Source of the DNA: Squalus acanthias
Lineage: Eukaryota
DNA: 64,000 bases
Assembly (NCBI GenBank): GCA_030390025.1
Contig: CM059432.1
Coordinates: 61,940,001 to 62,004,000, forward strand
Reading direction: 5' to 3'
Numbering within the stretch: the first letter of the stretch is position 1; the number at the start of each line of letters is the position of its first letter. This document shows positions 40,086-54,624 of the stretch, in pieces. A program made the position numbers and the translations under genes. The notes beneath the pieces were generated by a model. That model did no database searches, had not been told where the DNA came from, and saw only the letters and a list, made by a program, of their open reading frames with translations.

Positions 40086-41205
40086 AAATGCATTTTGTTG
40101 TTTAGCATATAAGAATATGCATTGTTTACAGCACTTCATACTTCAAATTGACCCACTGTTATCATAGGAATAAAGGACATCATATTTTTAACTCTTGAGC
40201 AGCAGTACACCATCCAACCTTTATTTTTAAATATGAGCAAATCCACACATTTCTGGCACTAATGTGTATAGATGCAATAAAGTTGATACTATTTAAATAT
40301 GCTGAAACTAAGGTTTTTTAAGTTTAAAAAGTAAAACTCTCGCATAGTTATTCCATTTCCATGCATTGAGGCTGAGGGTTTTTTTTGCAGAAAGGATTTA
40401 GAGCAATAGAAGTTTTTAGTGCAGAAGGAAGCCATTTGGCCCATCATCTCACCAAACTAATCCCACTGCTCTGCTTTCTTCCCCAAAGCCATGTATCTTT
40501 TTCTGTTACAAATGTTTATCAACCTTTCTCTTAAAAGATGCAATGGTCTGTGCCTCAACTATTCCTTGTGACAAAGTATTACATGCTCCAAGGAAAATAG
40601 TCTTCCACCTATTCACTCAATCAAAATCCTTCATAGTTTAAAAAAACCTCCATTAAATCTCCTTAGTCTTTGTTCCTGTGGAAATAGTCTCAATATCTCC
40701 TCATAACTCTCAATTCTCATCCCTGGTATCATCTTGGTGAATCTATGCTGTTTTTATTTCAACGGGTTTAATGTAATTTCCATAATAGGTGTGGAAAACT
40801 GCAGTGGCATATTGGCTAAATAATGATTTTCACTGACTCCTGTCTAGTAAAAACGTTTCATGGTCCTCTTGGTGGTGGGGGGGTGGGGTCGGGGCGGTGA
40901 AGGTAGGACACTCTAATAACTCGAAACATGTCCTCCAGTATCCATTACAGAACTGGTAAATCTGAGAGTTCTTCAGCTGACCCTGATACCAGGCATGCGA
41001 CTAGACAGCTAGGTCATTGACAGAAAAAACGAACTGCTACCGAATTACCTTAATAAGGACAGAATTTTGGCTTGAGGTGAAGCTGCTGCCTCGGCATCAT
41101 AAATGAATATAGAGTATGTAGTCCTGATTAACACCAGTATTAATGTTCACAGAAGAGCTTTTGGCTTCAGGAAAAGCTGGAGTAGGTCAGCCTCTGAGGA
41201 CCATT

Positions 41206-41390
41206 GGGGGTAACTTTCAACTTTGGTAGGGACATAAAACTGGTGGTATGGAATTGGTTGGCCATTAAATACCCTGCCTGATTGTCCTTTCCATTAACTT
41301 CAGTGGAAAGGACAATAGGGCATGTTGTGTATCGGGCGGCCAATCCAACACTGCCAATTTTACACCCCTCCGAAGTTGAAAGTTACCCCC
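41206..41390. mobile_element. Palindromic Harbinger-type MITE
   Basis: TIR gggggtaactttcaactttgg / ccgaagttgaaagttaccccc; TSD ATT on both sides; inner hairpin attgtcctttccattaacttcagtggaaaggacaat. Confidence 0.8.
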
Positions 41391-42614
41391 ATTGATTATA
41401 AGTTTTTTTAATCGGGTATCCTCTACACATCAGTGGAGTTGAACTTGGCACAGGATAATCTTCTGGGGAGCCCATGTAACTGAATGAGAGCCTTTTAAGA
41501 TATTTCCAACATCCGTGTGCATGGATGTCCCCTCATATACAGCGTCTCATTCTCATGCGATATACAAGGGCTAGCCATGTGTTGGAGCATTTGTTTGTGT
41601 AATTCACAAGTCTGTGACGCTGTTCAGCCCCTCTAAAGTACTATACGATAATTTCTCAAGTCTTTTTATAAAGTAAAATTTTTTTACATTTAAAAAAAAA
41701 ACTGGTACTGTTGTCAGTGTTTACGTCAGTTGTTTGTTTTTGGTGTTTAATGGTATCTGTATTAAGCAAAGGAGTTATGCATTAGTTGATGCACTATTCC
41801 GCTCCAAGTCACACAACATCCTGACTTGGAAATATATCACTGTTCCTTCATCGTTGCTGGGTCAAAATCCTGGAACTCCCTACCTAACAGCACTGTGGGA
41901 GTACCTTCACCACACGGACTGCAGCGGTTCAAGAAGGTGGTTCACCACCACCTTCTCAAGGGCAACTGGGGATGAGAAATAATTGCTGGCCTCGTATTAC
42001 AGACATTAGTGTCTGTCCCAGCTCTGCCAAGAAAAGGTTAAGGGTGGGGGGGGGTGGGGGAGTAAATATTGCCATGGATAAAGCTCTTTCTCAAAGCAGT
42101 CCTGCCTCAACAAGGTGCTCTTATCTGCAGATGCTGTTCCCAGCAGTGCCAGGCTCCAGTGGTGTCAAGAGGCAGTCCGCTATCTGTTCTGGTGAGGTTT
42201 CAGAATATGCCAGAGATGTTCCTTGGTGCTGACTAGTGCTGGGAGGAGGTATGCTCCAATTGTTGCTCTGATATTATAAACTAATAATGAGTTTTGCTGA
42301 GGATTTTCTCCAGCCTTTCTCCACATCACCAATGGCATCAGATCTTATTGAGTGTAGCAATGAAGGTCTTCTTTGGCACCCCACCTTAATGATAAGAATT
42401 TACAGGGATGGGTTTAACTTCCATCAATTCCTCTATTTGCAAGCTAGTTAGGTGCTCGTATCCCTTTTAGTAGGACTGAGAATGTATCTCCCTTGTCCGC
42501 ATTAACCAAATTAGTCCCGCGGATCCCACCTGAAACAGGTGAATGAGCGAGGCTGAACCCAAGAAACAGTAGAAGAATGACATCGAGCCTTAGGATGTTT
42601 CATGCCTTACTATT

Positions 42615-45330
42615 AGAAACATAGAAAAATAGGAGCAGGAGTAGGCCATTCGGCCCTTCGAGCCTGCTCCGCCATTCAATATCATCATGGCTGATCCTCT
42701 ATCTCAATACCATATTCCCGCTCTCTCCCCATACCCCTTGATGCCTTTTGTGTCTAGAAATCTATCCATCTCCTTCTTAAATATATTCAGTGACTTGGCC
42801 TCCACAGCCTTCTGTGGTAGAGAATTCCACAGGTTCACCACCCTTTGAGTGAAGAAATTTCTCCTCATCTCAGTGCTAAATGTCCTACCCCGTATCCTGA
42901 GACCGTGACCCCTCGTTCTAGACCTCCCAGCCAGGGGAAACATCCTCCCTGCATCCAGTCTGTCTAGCCCTGTCAGAATTTTATACGTTTCAATGAGATC
43001 CCTTCTAATTCTTCTAAACGCTAGTGAATACAGGCCTAGTTGACCCAATCTCTCCTCATACGACAGTCCTGCCATCCCAGGAATCAGTCTGGTGAACCTT
43101 CGCTGCACTCCCTCTATGGCAAGTATATCCTTTCTTAGGTAAGGAGACCAAAACTGCACACACTACTCCAGGTGTGGTCTCACCAAGGCCCTGTATAACT
43201 GTATTTTTCCTACCGAAGTGGATAACTACACATTTATCCACGTTATTCTGCATCTGCCATGTATTTGCCCACTCACTCAACGTGTCTAAATCGCCTTGAA
43301 ACCTCTTTGCATCCTCCTCACAACTCTCAATCCCACCTAGTTTTGTGTCGTCAGCAAACTTGGAAATATTACATTTGGTTCCCTCATCCAAATCATTGAT
43401 ATATATATATTGTGAATAGCTGGGGCCTAAGCACTGATCCCTGCGGTACCCCACTAGTCACCGCCTGCCACCCCGAAAAAGACCCATTTATTCCTACTCT
43501 CTGTTTCCTGTCTGTTAACCAATTTTCAATCCATGCCAGTATATTACCCCAATCCCATGTGCTTTAATTTTGCACACTAACCTCTTATGTGGGACTTTTA
43601 TCAAAGGCCTTCTGAAAATCCAAATACACCACATCCGCTGGTTCTCCCTTATCTATTCTACCAGTTACATCCTCAAAAAAAAAACTCCAGTTGGTTTGTC
43701 AAACACGATTTCCCTTTCATAAATCCATGTTGACTTTGTCTAATCCCGTTGACATTTTCTAAGTGTCCTGTTATCACATCCTTTATAATAGACTAGCATT
43801 TTCCCTACTACTGATGTTAGGCTAACCGGTTTGTAGTTCCCTGTTTTCTCTCTCCCTCGAGGGTTACATTTTCCACCCTCCAATCTGCAGGAACTGTTCC
43901 ATAATCTATAGAATTTTGGAAGATAACAACCAATGCATCCACTATTTCCATGGCTACCTCTTTTAGTACTCTGGGATGCAGATTATCAGGCCCTGGGGAT
44001 TTATCGGCTTTCAGTCCCATTCATTTCGCCAGCACTTTTTTTATTTAGCATTTCTGGAAGTTATTTGTGTCCTCTTCCATGAAGACAGAACCAAAGTATT
44101 TGTTTAATTGCTCTGCCATTTCCTTGTTCCCCATTATAAATTCTCCCGTTTCTGACTGTAAGGGACCTACATTTGTCTTCACTAATCTTTTTCTTTTTAC
44201 ATACTTGTAGAAGCTTTTACAATCTGCTTTTATGTTCCTTACAATATTACACTCATACTCTATTTTTCCCCTCTTAATCAATCTCTTGGACCTTTTTTGT
44301 TGAACTCTAAACTGCTCCCAATTCTCAGGCTTGCTACTTTTTCTGGCAACTTTATATGACTCCTCTTTGGATCTAATACTATCCTTAATTTCTTTTGTTA
44401 GCCATGGTTGGGCTGCTTTTCCTTTTGTGTTTTTGCACCAGAAAGGAATGTATAACTGTTGCAATTCATGCATTCGTTCCTTAAATGTCAGCCATTGCCT
44501 ATCCACTGTCATGCCTTTTAATGAAGCTCCCCAATCATAGCCAACTCACTCCTCATACCTTCATAGTTTCCTTTGTTTAGATTTAGGACCCTAGTTTCAG
44601 ATTGGACTTCTTCACTTTCCATCTTAATGAAGAATTCTATCATGTTATGGTCACTCTTCCCTAAAGGACCCCACACAACAAGATTATTAATTAACCCCTT
44701 CTCTTTGCACAATACACAATCTAGGATAGCCTGTTCCCTAGTTGGCTCCTCAACATACTGGTCTAAAAAACCATCTCGTACACACTCCAGAAATTCATCC
44801 TCCACAGTATTATTGCTAATTTGGTTTGGCCAGTCTATCTGTAGATTAAAGTCACCCATGATTACTGTAGTACCCATGTTACATGCATCTCTAATTTCCT
44901 GTTTGATGCCATCCCCTACATTACCACTACTGTTTGGAGGCCTATAGACAACTCCCACCAATGTTTTCTGCCCCTTGGTGCTTCTTAGCTCCACCCTGAC
45001 TGATTCTACATCTTTATTTTTTGAGCCAAATTCCTTTCTCACTATTGCTCTGATTTCATCCTTTACTAACAATGCCAACCCACCTCCTTTTCCTTCTTGC
45101 CTGTCCTTCCTAAATATTGAATATCCTTGGATATTCAGCTCTCAGCCTTGGTCACCCTGCAACCATGTCTCCGTAATCGCAATTATATCGTATCTATTTG
45201 CACTGTTAATTTGTCTACCTTATTACGAATGCTTCGTGCATTCAGATACAGTGCCTTTAGATTTGTCTTTTTAACATTTTTAGACATCTTAACATTTTTT
45301 TGTACTATGGCCCTATTTGTCTTATTACCA
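42615..45330 (-). mobile_element. CR1 LINE, ORF2 (APE+RT) with frameshifts and an internal deletion
   Basis: LYLNARSIRNK, YRPPN, GDFN, SDHN, PGPD, FADDTKL and [10 protein letters not shown] in successive ORF pieces; CR1 tail. Confidence 0.9.
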
Positions 45331-47789
45331 TTTTTTCTTACCCAGACCCTATTTGTTAGTGCACTCCTTTGTTTGTATTGAGCATTGCTATTTGATGCCC
45401 GCAACACCAAGACGGGCAGGCGACCCTGCATGTGTTGAGCCAAGGCTCAGGATCTCCCAAAGATCCCACTTTCCCACTCTTCAACCTTTGCAGAGATTTG
45501 GCATGCCCATTATTTCTAGATCACCACTAAGGGAGTTCACAAATACAGTTCCTGGTAACATCCAGAGTAGAGACAACCTGCTGGGCTCATTGTGCTTCTG
45601 CTGATTTGCTGCATACTGCACTAGTTTCTGACTTGACTGTCACGTTTCAAGTGTTAAGTGAACACAGGAAGGGTTTTGTCCAGGAAACAAATCCTGTTCT
45701 ACCCAATACAATACAAGCAACTGGACTCTGAGCAAGTGGGTCTTTTCAGAAGGGTAAGCACAGATCAGGGTCATTTGTTACCAAATGCATTGGACTAAGT
45801 TTTCTCAGGTGAAAAAAATCCTCAATACAGTAGCAGGCTTGATTGGGTGTTCCCAGTGTAGTTGCCTGGTCCATTCCCTGCTGGCTTGCTTGGATGTGCT
45901 TTAGTGCTTCCCTAGTAGGCAGCTATTATAGATACCCTTGTATATCTCAATTCAGTCATTCAGGCACTGTGTGCAATGGCTGACAACAGTAAACGTCAAA
46001 GATGCCTATTTTTACAACATACATACCCGAGCTCAGCTTTCCTGGTCGCAGCTACCAGTACAAGGTGCTTCCTTTCGGCTTTTCCTCACCCCAACAGTAT
46101 TAATGAATTGCCAGTCGGTTGTCTGAGCCCATTTCTGATTATGGCCCTTACACACCTTAGTAATTGGATTTCTTACTTGTGAGAGCTTGTTATTGGGAGT
46201 TTGCAAGAATAGTTGTTCAGCATGTTTCCATAACATTCTACAAGCTCTGATTCATCAAAAAGTCATCCGAAGCCAAGGCAGGACACGTTTGTTTGTCTGT
46301 CTGTCTGTCTGTCTGTCTCCTCTCCACCAGGGGTCAAGGATGTGATGACAAAAGCCATCTTTGTCATCTCAAAGAATTGACTGTTCAGGCCATCTCTACA
46401 GTTGAATCTGATACACCAATGGTCCCTCGCAGGTCCCCTTTTTTTCTAGCCAGTGGAGATAGACCAAGCCTCTGCTCGGGAATACTCTTGAGTGGATCTT
46501 GCTACAGCTACCATGTCCTCATATGAGTCTGTTAACAGATGCTTCCCTGCACTGCTGGGGAATAAGTGGTAGAATCATGTTATCTCTGATTCTATCCCCA
46601 ACAATCTAGCTAGTTTAAAATGCCAAGGCTTTTTCAATCCTGCTTAACTATGCTCTCGATCCTTTTCACCAGCTGCTAGCATAGCTATCCAAAATATCAA
46701 CATTATATTAGAAACATTTAAAGAGTAATGTGAGTGAACATTAGCTTCAACTGATAAGAGGTAGAAATGCACCAGAGTTGATTTATTTCCGAAAACCTTT
46801 TTAGTACCCTCTGGTAGGATGAATATGCAGTATACTTGCTATTGGAATTAAAAGTATAGTATACTTTGCTAATAAAAGTTTGTATCAATCTTTCACTAAT
46901 AATTGTGTAATTGCATGTCTTGTTTTTCATCTGGAGAGTTTTTTTTTTAGATCTTGGAGTGTAAGTAAACCTTTGTACACCGAATCCATCATTTCAAATT
47001 GCTGTGTATTTTTGTTAATGTTTAACACGACCTTGTCTTCATTGGTGTTGAAATAGAATTGCTTAATGCTGTGCATTTTCTTGGGCCTTCATCAGTTGTA
47101 GTAAAAGTAATAATAACACATTTTCCATTTCAGTTTCAGTCCTGAGGTGCAATTAAATTCTTAATTGAGAGATGTGTATTTTTAATAATTTGGCTAGCCT
47201 TTTTGGTAATTGTCTGATTCACCTTTATACCTTTGGATGCAATCTGCTTGTTTTTCTTCATAATTAGTTCTTTTTGTGGAGTTGCTTTGATGAACAGGAC
47301 TAACTGCAATGAGAAACTGACTAAAAAGATTGCAGCCAACCCTGTGAAGAGATGTTAATTGTTCACATACATTATAAACTGCATTTTAAATGCATGTCGA
47401 TCATTTATGTCCATTGTATTCAATGACTTATTTGTATCATACTTTTTACATAAATCTGTGAATAAATGCAACTGTTTAAACTAAAATAGCTACAATATAT
47501 TGACCGATGTTGAATGAGCAGGGTGGGGTGAATAAGTGACCTAGACTTGTTTGCAAAAAAACTACCTGGAAAAAAATTCTCTTAAGCCTGAGAGTTATAG
47601 GTTATCTTTAAAATTGCTATTCATTTTGACATGTATTTTTTTTTAAGTCTTGAGGCTGTTCTCTGGTCTACCACCTCAAGTATAGCTGAAAATTGTTCAA
47701 ATGGTCCATGTTTGGGGCCATTAACACTATTATGACACACATTTTAAATGGCACCATGAAGCATATTTATTTTTATTTTCTTCTTTCAG

Positions 47790-47935
47790 GTGCAGCATAC
47801 TGCCAGTTCATGGATATGTTGTTCTCGGGCTGTATTAGTTTGAAGAAAGTAAAATTCCAGGCTAAGTTGGAACATGAGTACATTCACAATTTCAAACTGC
47901 TACAGGCATCTTTTAAGAGAATGAATGTTGATAAA
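47790..47935 (+). CDS. MAPRE2: MAPRE2 (EB2) next coding exon, CH domain
   Basis: ttctttcag| GT GCA GCA TAC...: (G)[48 protein letters not shown] |gtaag. Phase is compatible with the previous exon (split Gly codon G|GT); '[10 protein letters not shown]' matches EB2. 146 nt. Confidence 0.95.
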
Positions 47936-49563
47936 GTAAGTACCCAGACTACAGTTACTAGATAGCAATCTTAGCCAAAAGATTGAATTTTTCATTGTTC
48001 TAGCAAATCTCCTATGGCATTGCTCTGGTTACACTGTTGGCAGGAGTACTGGGGTGTTGAAGTAATGGTGGGGGGGGGGGTTGCACATCTCCAGTGAGAG
48101 AATTTGTGAAGAAGTAAGTGACAGTGAATTAAGTGTTTTTGGACCAGTTCCTGGGAAATAGTGTTTTCTTCACCCTTTTGAAAAGATAAATACCATATTA
48201 TGGAGTAGCAGCTCTTTACTATTAGTCTGTTTTAGGGCATTGTTTTTTTTAAACAAGTGCCAAGAAAAATATAAAACTTGAACTTAATCTTTACTTTGCA
48301 TTTTCTTGCCACAAAGCTCTATGACACTACTTAGCATATTTGAGAAAAACCTTTTTGGTAAAACATTTTAAATTTAAAACTACTATTCAGAACTGCCCCT
48401 CCAAACCTGAATAATGCTATAGTCCTTCCACAAATTGCTAAATGTTTATATGAACAGTTGTTTTGGAATTCTCCACATAAACAAAAGGCAACTGCTATAA
48501 CCATTTAGAATTTAATTTTCACTAACTTTCTACTGGAGGATCAGAGCTTCCGAACAGTATCCTTTAGCAGATTTGATGAATGGCTAGTCTTGATGCCAGC
48601 TATAAGATTTTTGAGAACTTGTACTCATAGATGCATGATGGAGACTGTAACATTCTAGCTGTAGTCTCTTCAAATAAGTGATGGGTCTGGAAACCTGCTT
48701 AAGTTTCTCATGCAAGCAAGCCTCTAACGAAAAATGTTGCTACAGGCATGTCAAATGCAGAAAATGTTATTGTATAGATAAGCATAATCATTTTCTTGTA
48801 TTATGTATTTATTGTGTTACCTTATTTTCAGTAGTAAATGCTCAGCTTAGTGGTGGAAAGCAAGATGGTGGCCAAAAGCATTTTCAAAACAAATCTAGTG
48901 ATTTGATTGGTTTGTCTTTTTTAATTGGTAATGTTGCTGACCACAGTTTTCATAATCTTTTGGACTTCATGATAGATGCTTTTTATTCCTGTCTGTAACT
49001 TGATAATTGGTATATTTCCTATTTGTTCAGTTGGGATTTGCTCCCATTTTCTGTGTGTGAAATTTGAGCCAGTATGACATACATATACGGTAAAGGTTCC
49101 TTTGTGTCGCTGCTGGTGTTTATCACAAAATTGCTCATTTCCAGCCTGGAATTTTCCATCCATCATTTTAATGCGCACACAATCGTAGAATAGAATTACA
49201 CAATTTTGCAGTATGCACTTCCTTTAACCCTGCTTCACCTGAAGGCCTCCTGAAGGACTACAGTTCTCATGTGCCAGATAGCAACTAGTAATTTTATATG
49301 AATGGGGTGTTCAGTTTGGTCTCCATATTACTTTAAAAAGGTGGAATTATTGGAGAAAGTTTAGAGGAGAGCTATAAGGCTGATTCATGAATTAGGGCCG
49401 AGTTATTAAGAAAGATTATCTACCTTGGGATTTTACTTTATGGTGGAAGATGAGTGGGGACTTGATGGAGGTTTTTAAGACTTTCAGGAGTATGGAGGAT
49501 TTGAATTCAGGAAAGATTTTCTATTTGGAAACTGGATTTGAGAACTAGGGGACATAGTTTAAA

Positions 49564-49697
49564 CAAAAAGAAAATACTGCAGATGCTGGAAATCTGAAAT
49601 AAAAACAGAAAATGCTGGAGAAACTCAGCAGATCAGGCAGCATCTGTGAAGAGAGAAACAGAGTTAACGTTTCAGGTCGATGACCTTTCGTCAGAAC
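49564..49697 (-). mobile_element. Penelope-like pLTR fragment with intact hammerhead core
   Basis: Minus strand reads agttCTGACGAaaggtcatcgacctGAAACgttaact (49698-49662); TSD catagtttaaa (49553-49563, 49738-49748). Confidence 0.8.
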
Positions 49698-52274
49698 TGT
49701 CAAATGCAGAAAATGTTATTGTATAGATAAGCATAATCATAGTTTAAAGTTGAGTTGACAAGAAAAGGAAATCTGTAGAACTTTTTTTTTTTAAATGAGT
49801 GACAGATTATCAGCAGGGGTGATGGAACAGAGAGCCAGGTGTTTTAAAACCACAGGATGAATTCCTGTTCAGGGGATACAGGCCTACTAGTTACAGAATC
49901 ATATCTTTTCTGTAAGCAAACAAATGGAATATTTGAAGGATAGGCAAGAAGAACCTTCTGCCTAAAACATTACAATATTATACAGTCTCCACCATTTGTA
50001 CTCACTCGATTTGCCAGGTATTTGTGGTGGACAATAAATCCGTCAGACTCCTTAATAACCCCGTAGCATAAGAGCAAATATTATTGACCAGCATTTGCTT
50101 ACCATGGCTTTTCTGCAAAACAATTTATTCCAACATTGATGAGGGGGCCTTGTGCCAGCGGTTAGTGCACCGATGAATCTGTCAACTTGGTTGAGATTAA
50201 AGCCCTGGACCGTTTAAGAGGCGGCTAGACTGTGACTGGGGCAGATGGAAGATGACCCCAAATCTGAAGCAAACCATACCACGAGTTGTCATATTCTCAA
50301 TAACCTCCCATTTCATAAGAACTCTTAAATGTTGGTTATTTGAGAGTTTATTGGCAAGGGAAACTGCTTCTCGATATGCAATTAATGTCTGACAGGTAAT
50401 TGCACAGTGAACAACTGCTTGAACTGGCCAAAACAGCTGACCTACTTAATAAGGTTTAAGCGGCGCCATTTGCCTGATATAGGCAGCTGTCTGAGATAAA
50501 TGGGTGGTATAAGTGGTGGGGACTGTAATTGACATCAACAGGTCAAATGCGTTTTTAAAAATTGGCTTCAGCCAGTGGTATCTCGAAGAGAAGCTCATTA
50601 TATCTGCAGCATGAGGACAAAAGCTGTATTGTCTAGGCTGCAGCCCCAGTAGCCTTTGAACTCAAGCTGATCAAATTATTGATCCTTTGAAGACAGTAGG
50701 TATTTTGTATGTTAACTCCAACTCCTGATAAAATAAAAAGTCGATTTTCAATTTTAACCGAATATGCCTGGTGATAACAGGCCATATTCGGGTTGGCTGC
50801 CCAATTAACACCCCTGCCCGGTTTTGTGCTCCATTGCCTTCAGTGGAGCCGAAAATCGGATGGGGTGTATATCAGGCATGCAACCCAAATGTGTCCCATT
50901 CTCTCCGGAGGTGTTTGGGTTAAATTCAGAGCTGTGGTTTGATTTGCTGCTAGACATCAAAAATTGGGCGAGTACAGTTCTTATCTTAGCTACTTATGTT
51001 AAAAGTGGATAGCATCTTAATTTCCTGTCCATGGATCAACAAGTAGGCCTGCTTTAATATCAACGACAGCTAAGTAATGTGTACCTTGGTTTGTACTGAC
51101 AACTATGTGAGGAGTAATGGAACTCTGCGTAAGGTCGTCTCCCATGTAATATTCATCTGACGCTACTAAAAAGAACCACAAGGATTTCGGACTGCATCCT
51201 CTTGTTTTGAAATAGTATATATATTTTGTGAAGTTAGTATTGTACTGTTATTATCTTGTGTCTTCATTCTCTGTGTTATTTTACATGTAAATAAATCTAT
51301 TAATTTTGGTCTAAACAACATTTAAGAAGAATGTGATGAGCATTCCACATGATCTCCAGTGCACTGTTGAGGGATAATTATTTAGCCCCATGGTTTTGCT
51401 ATCCCACTCATTGCATACAAAAGGGTGCAGGTTTCGATTCAGAGGAAGCTTGCTGTGCTTATGGAAACCATCTTTTTGCTGTGAATTTCAATTAAAAGTG
51501 CTGGAAGTAAGCCTGGAATGTAATAACTGCATCCTCTCACCCCGGTATCATTCTATTGAATCTACATTGCACGTTTTTTTCATGTCCTGAATATTCTTTC
51601 TATAATGTGGTGCCCATAAACAGCACACACTGCACCAACTGTATTGTAACCAGTATCTTCTACAGATTAATTATTCCTTCCTTGCTTTTGTATGCAATTT
51701 CCCTAAATATAAAACCCAAAATCCCATTTGCCATATTTATGGCATTTTCCATCTTCAACCCCCTCTTAAAGATATCTCTGTCTGTACAAATAGATCTCTT
51801 TCTCCATTCCACGCTATTGCCAGCCTAGAAAACTAGCAAAAGCTGACCGGATGCTTCACAAAAAAAAAATCCGATATCTCCAAAAACAGCCCTGCATAGA
51901 TGCCTGTGTCTAGGGTCACTGGTATAGGGTAACGTAATAAGTTAAATTCCATTTTTATTGCATGGACTTTTAGTGGTGTTTTAGAGATCATACATTGCCA
52001 TTTGGCCTGCTTTTCTTTGAAAACGGGAACCCAAAAGTCTTGCATGTGACATGTGAAAATAAGTACTTGCACTGTGGGTGTGATGGGACGTGAGCTTGTA
52101 ACAAGGGTTGCAAGTACGCCCAATATTCCATCACTTTTATTGCAAGGAAAAACTAAACTGCACAAAAGTGCAGTTTTTGCATTAGTGTATTTATAAATTT
52201 CTGAAGGAGATATTAAATATTAGAATACTGTAATTAGAAATTACAATGAAAAGGTAATACATAATTAAGCATGT

Positions 52275-54166
52275 CTTCTTAGGCGGAACCGAGGATGACT
52301 TGCTTCCACATTAAAAAATGAGTTCTCAGGTGACTGAGTCCAATGTGGGACCTACAGTCTCTGTCACAGGTGGGGCAGACGGTGGTTGAAAGGGCAGGTG
52401 GGTGGGGTGCTTGGGGTGACGTGCGCTGCTTGCACTTGGCTTCCGCTTGCTCCCGGCGAAGAGACTCGAGGTGTTCGCCGCCTTCCCAGATGCTTCTCCA
52501 CTTTGTGCGGTCGTGAGCCAGGGATTCTCAGGTGTCTGTGGGGATGTTGCACTTTTTCAAGGAGGCCTTGAGGGTGTCCTTGAAGCGTTTCCTCTGCCCA
52601 CCTGGGGCTCTCTTGCTGTGTCGGAGCTCCGAGTAGAGCGCTTGTTTTGGGAGTCTCGTATTGGGCATGCGGATGATGTGACCCGTCCATCGGAGCTGAT
52701 CGAGCGTGGTCAAAGCTTCGATGCTGGGGATGTTGGCCTGAGCGAGAACACTGACGTTGGTGCACCTATCCTGCCAATGGACTTGCAGGATCTTGCGGAG
52801 GCAGCGTTGGTGGTACCTCTCCAGTGCTTTGAGGTGCCTGCTGTAAATGGTCCATGTCTCTGAGGCATACAGGAGGGTGGGTATCACTACTGCTCTGTGG
52901 ACCATGAGCTTGGTGCCAGGTTTGAGGTCCTGGTCTTCAAACACTCTCTTCCTCAGGCGACCGAAGGCTGCACTGGCACATTGAAGGCAGTGTTGGACTT
53001 CGTCATCGACGTCTGCCCTTGTTGACAGTAGGCTCCCAAGGTATGGAAAGTGGTCCATGTTGTCCAAGGCCTTGTCGTGGATTTTGATAATCAGGGGGCA
53101 GTACTGTGTGGCGGGGGCAGGTTGGTAGAGGACCTTTGTCTTACGGATGTTTAGTGTAAGGGCCCATGCTCTCGTACGCTTCAGTGAAGGTGTTGGAGTT
53201 CGACCTCTTGAGTGTGCGCAGACGCAAGTGTCGTCTGCATACTGTAATTCGATGACAGAGGATGGGACGACCTTGGATCTGGACTGGAGGTGACAGAGGT
53301 TGAACAGTTTCCCGTTTGTTCTGTAAATTAGCTCCACTCCAGCGGGGAGCTGACTGAGGGTGAGATGGAGCATTGTAGCAAGGAAGATCGAGAAGAGCGT
53401 TGGTGTGCTGACACAGCCTTGCTTGACCCCGGTCCGTACGTGAGTTGGGTCTGTGGTGGAACCGTTGGTCAGGATCACGGCTTGCATGTTGTTGTGAAGC
53501 AGGCGGAGGATGGTGACAAACTTTTGAGGGCAGCCGAATTTGAGGAGGACACTCCATAATCCCTCACGGTTGACGGTGTCGAAGGCCTTTGCGAGGTCAA
53601 AGAAGGCCATGTACAACGGTTGGTGCTGTTCCCTGCATTTCTCTTGTAATTGACGCGCGGTGAAGATCATGTCCATTGTGTCCCTTAGTGGGTGGAATCT
53701 GCATTGCGACTCTGAGAGGAGCTCTTCAGCCACTGGGAGAAGGCAATTGCAGAGGATTCTTGCGATGACTTTCCCTGTGGCAGACAGCAGGGAAACTCCT
53801 CTGTAATTACCATAATCGGACTTGTCACCTTTCTTGAAGATGGTCACAATTACGACGTCTCTGAGATCCCCTGGCATGCTCTCCTCCTTCCAGATAAGAG
53901 AAATGAGTTAATGAATTCACGCCAGTAGTGCTTCTCCACCATGCTTTAGTGCCTTGGCAGGGATTCCATCTGCTCCTGAGGCCTTGCTGTTCTTCAGTTT
54001 TCGAATGGCCTTTTCAACCTCTTGTTGGGCTGGGGTTGTGCTGAGGTGGTGGCGGGTAGCATGCTGCGGGTTGGAGTTGAGGACACTCACGTCAAAGACA
54101 GAGTCTCGGTTAAGGAGATCTTCGAAGTGCTCCTTCCAGCGGGCACTGACTGCCTCCCTGTCATTG
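52275..54166 (-). mobile_element. RTE-clade LINE, 5'-truncated RT
   Basis: KKGDKSDYGNYRGVSLL, DMIFTARQLQEKCREQ, FDLAKAFD, GVKQGC, YADD, YLGS, LRWTGHIIRM. Confidence 0.9.
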
Positions 54167-54624
54167 ATGTCCCTGTCCTTGTCTACGTGAATGCATGTAC
54201 CATATCTGAATAATATAATGTAAATAATAAGTGCTCCTGGATCTTAACTGCAGGAAGTGCTTCATTGCATGCTGAGAAGTTCAGAACCACGATGGGGGAG
54301 TGTTTGAACACACATCTTATAGGAAACAATGTTAAGCATCACTGGGCTTTGATGTAAGGTGAGAAAGACCAAAGTATCATTTGTCCTTCGCACTGCTATG
54401 AAAGCAACCACCAAGACCCCCAGGTACAGATACAAATTAATAATTGGAACAGATGGCCCTTATATCATCTGATCAACACCTTCAAGATCCCCTCTTGAAC
54501 CATGCAAAGGCAGTACTGCAGTTGAGGGTAACTCATTGTCATGTTCCACTAGTTAGCCCACTGTTCAAATTTTTGAGTAGAATACAGTAGATCGCAAGGC
54601 AAGTCTACCAACAATACATGCTAA

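Noticed and set aside
47693..47965. 90-aa ORF as a stand-alone gene
   Set aside because: Only 47790-47935 is EB2-like; the rest is intron read-through around canonical splice sites.
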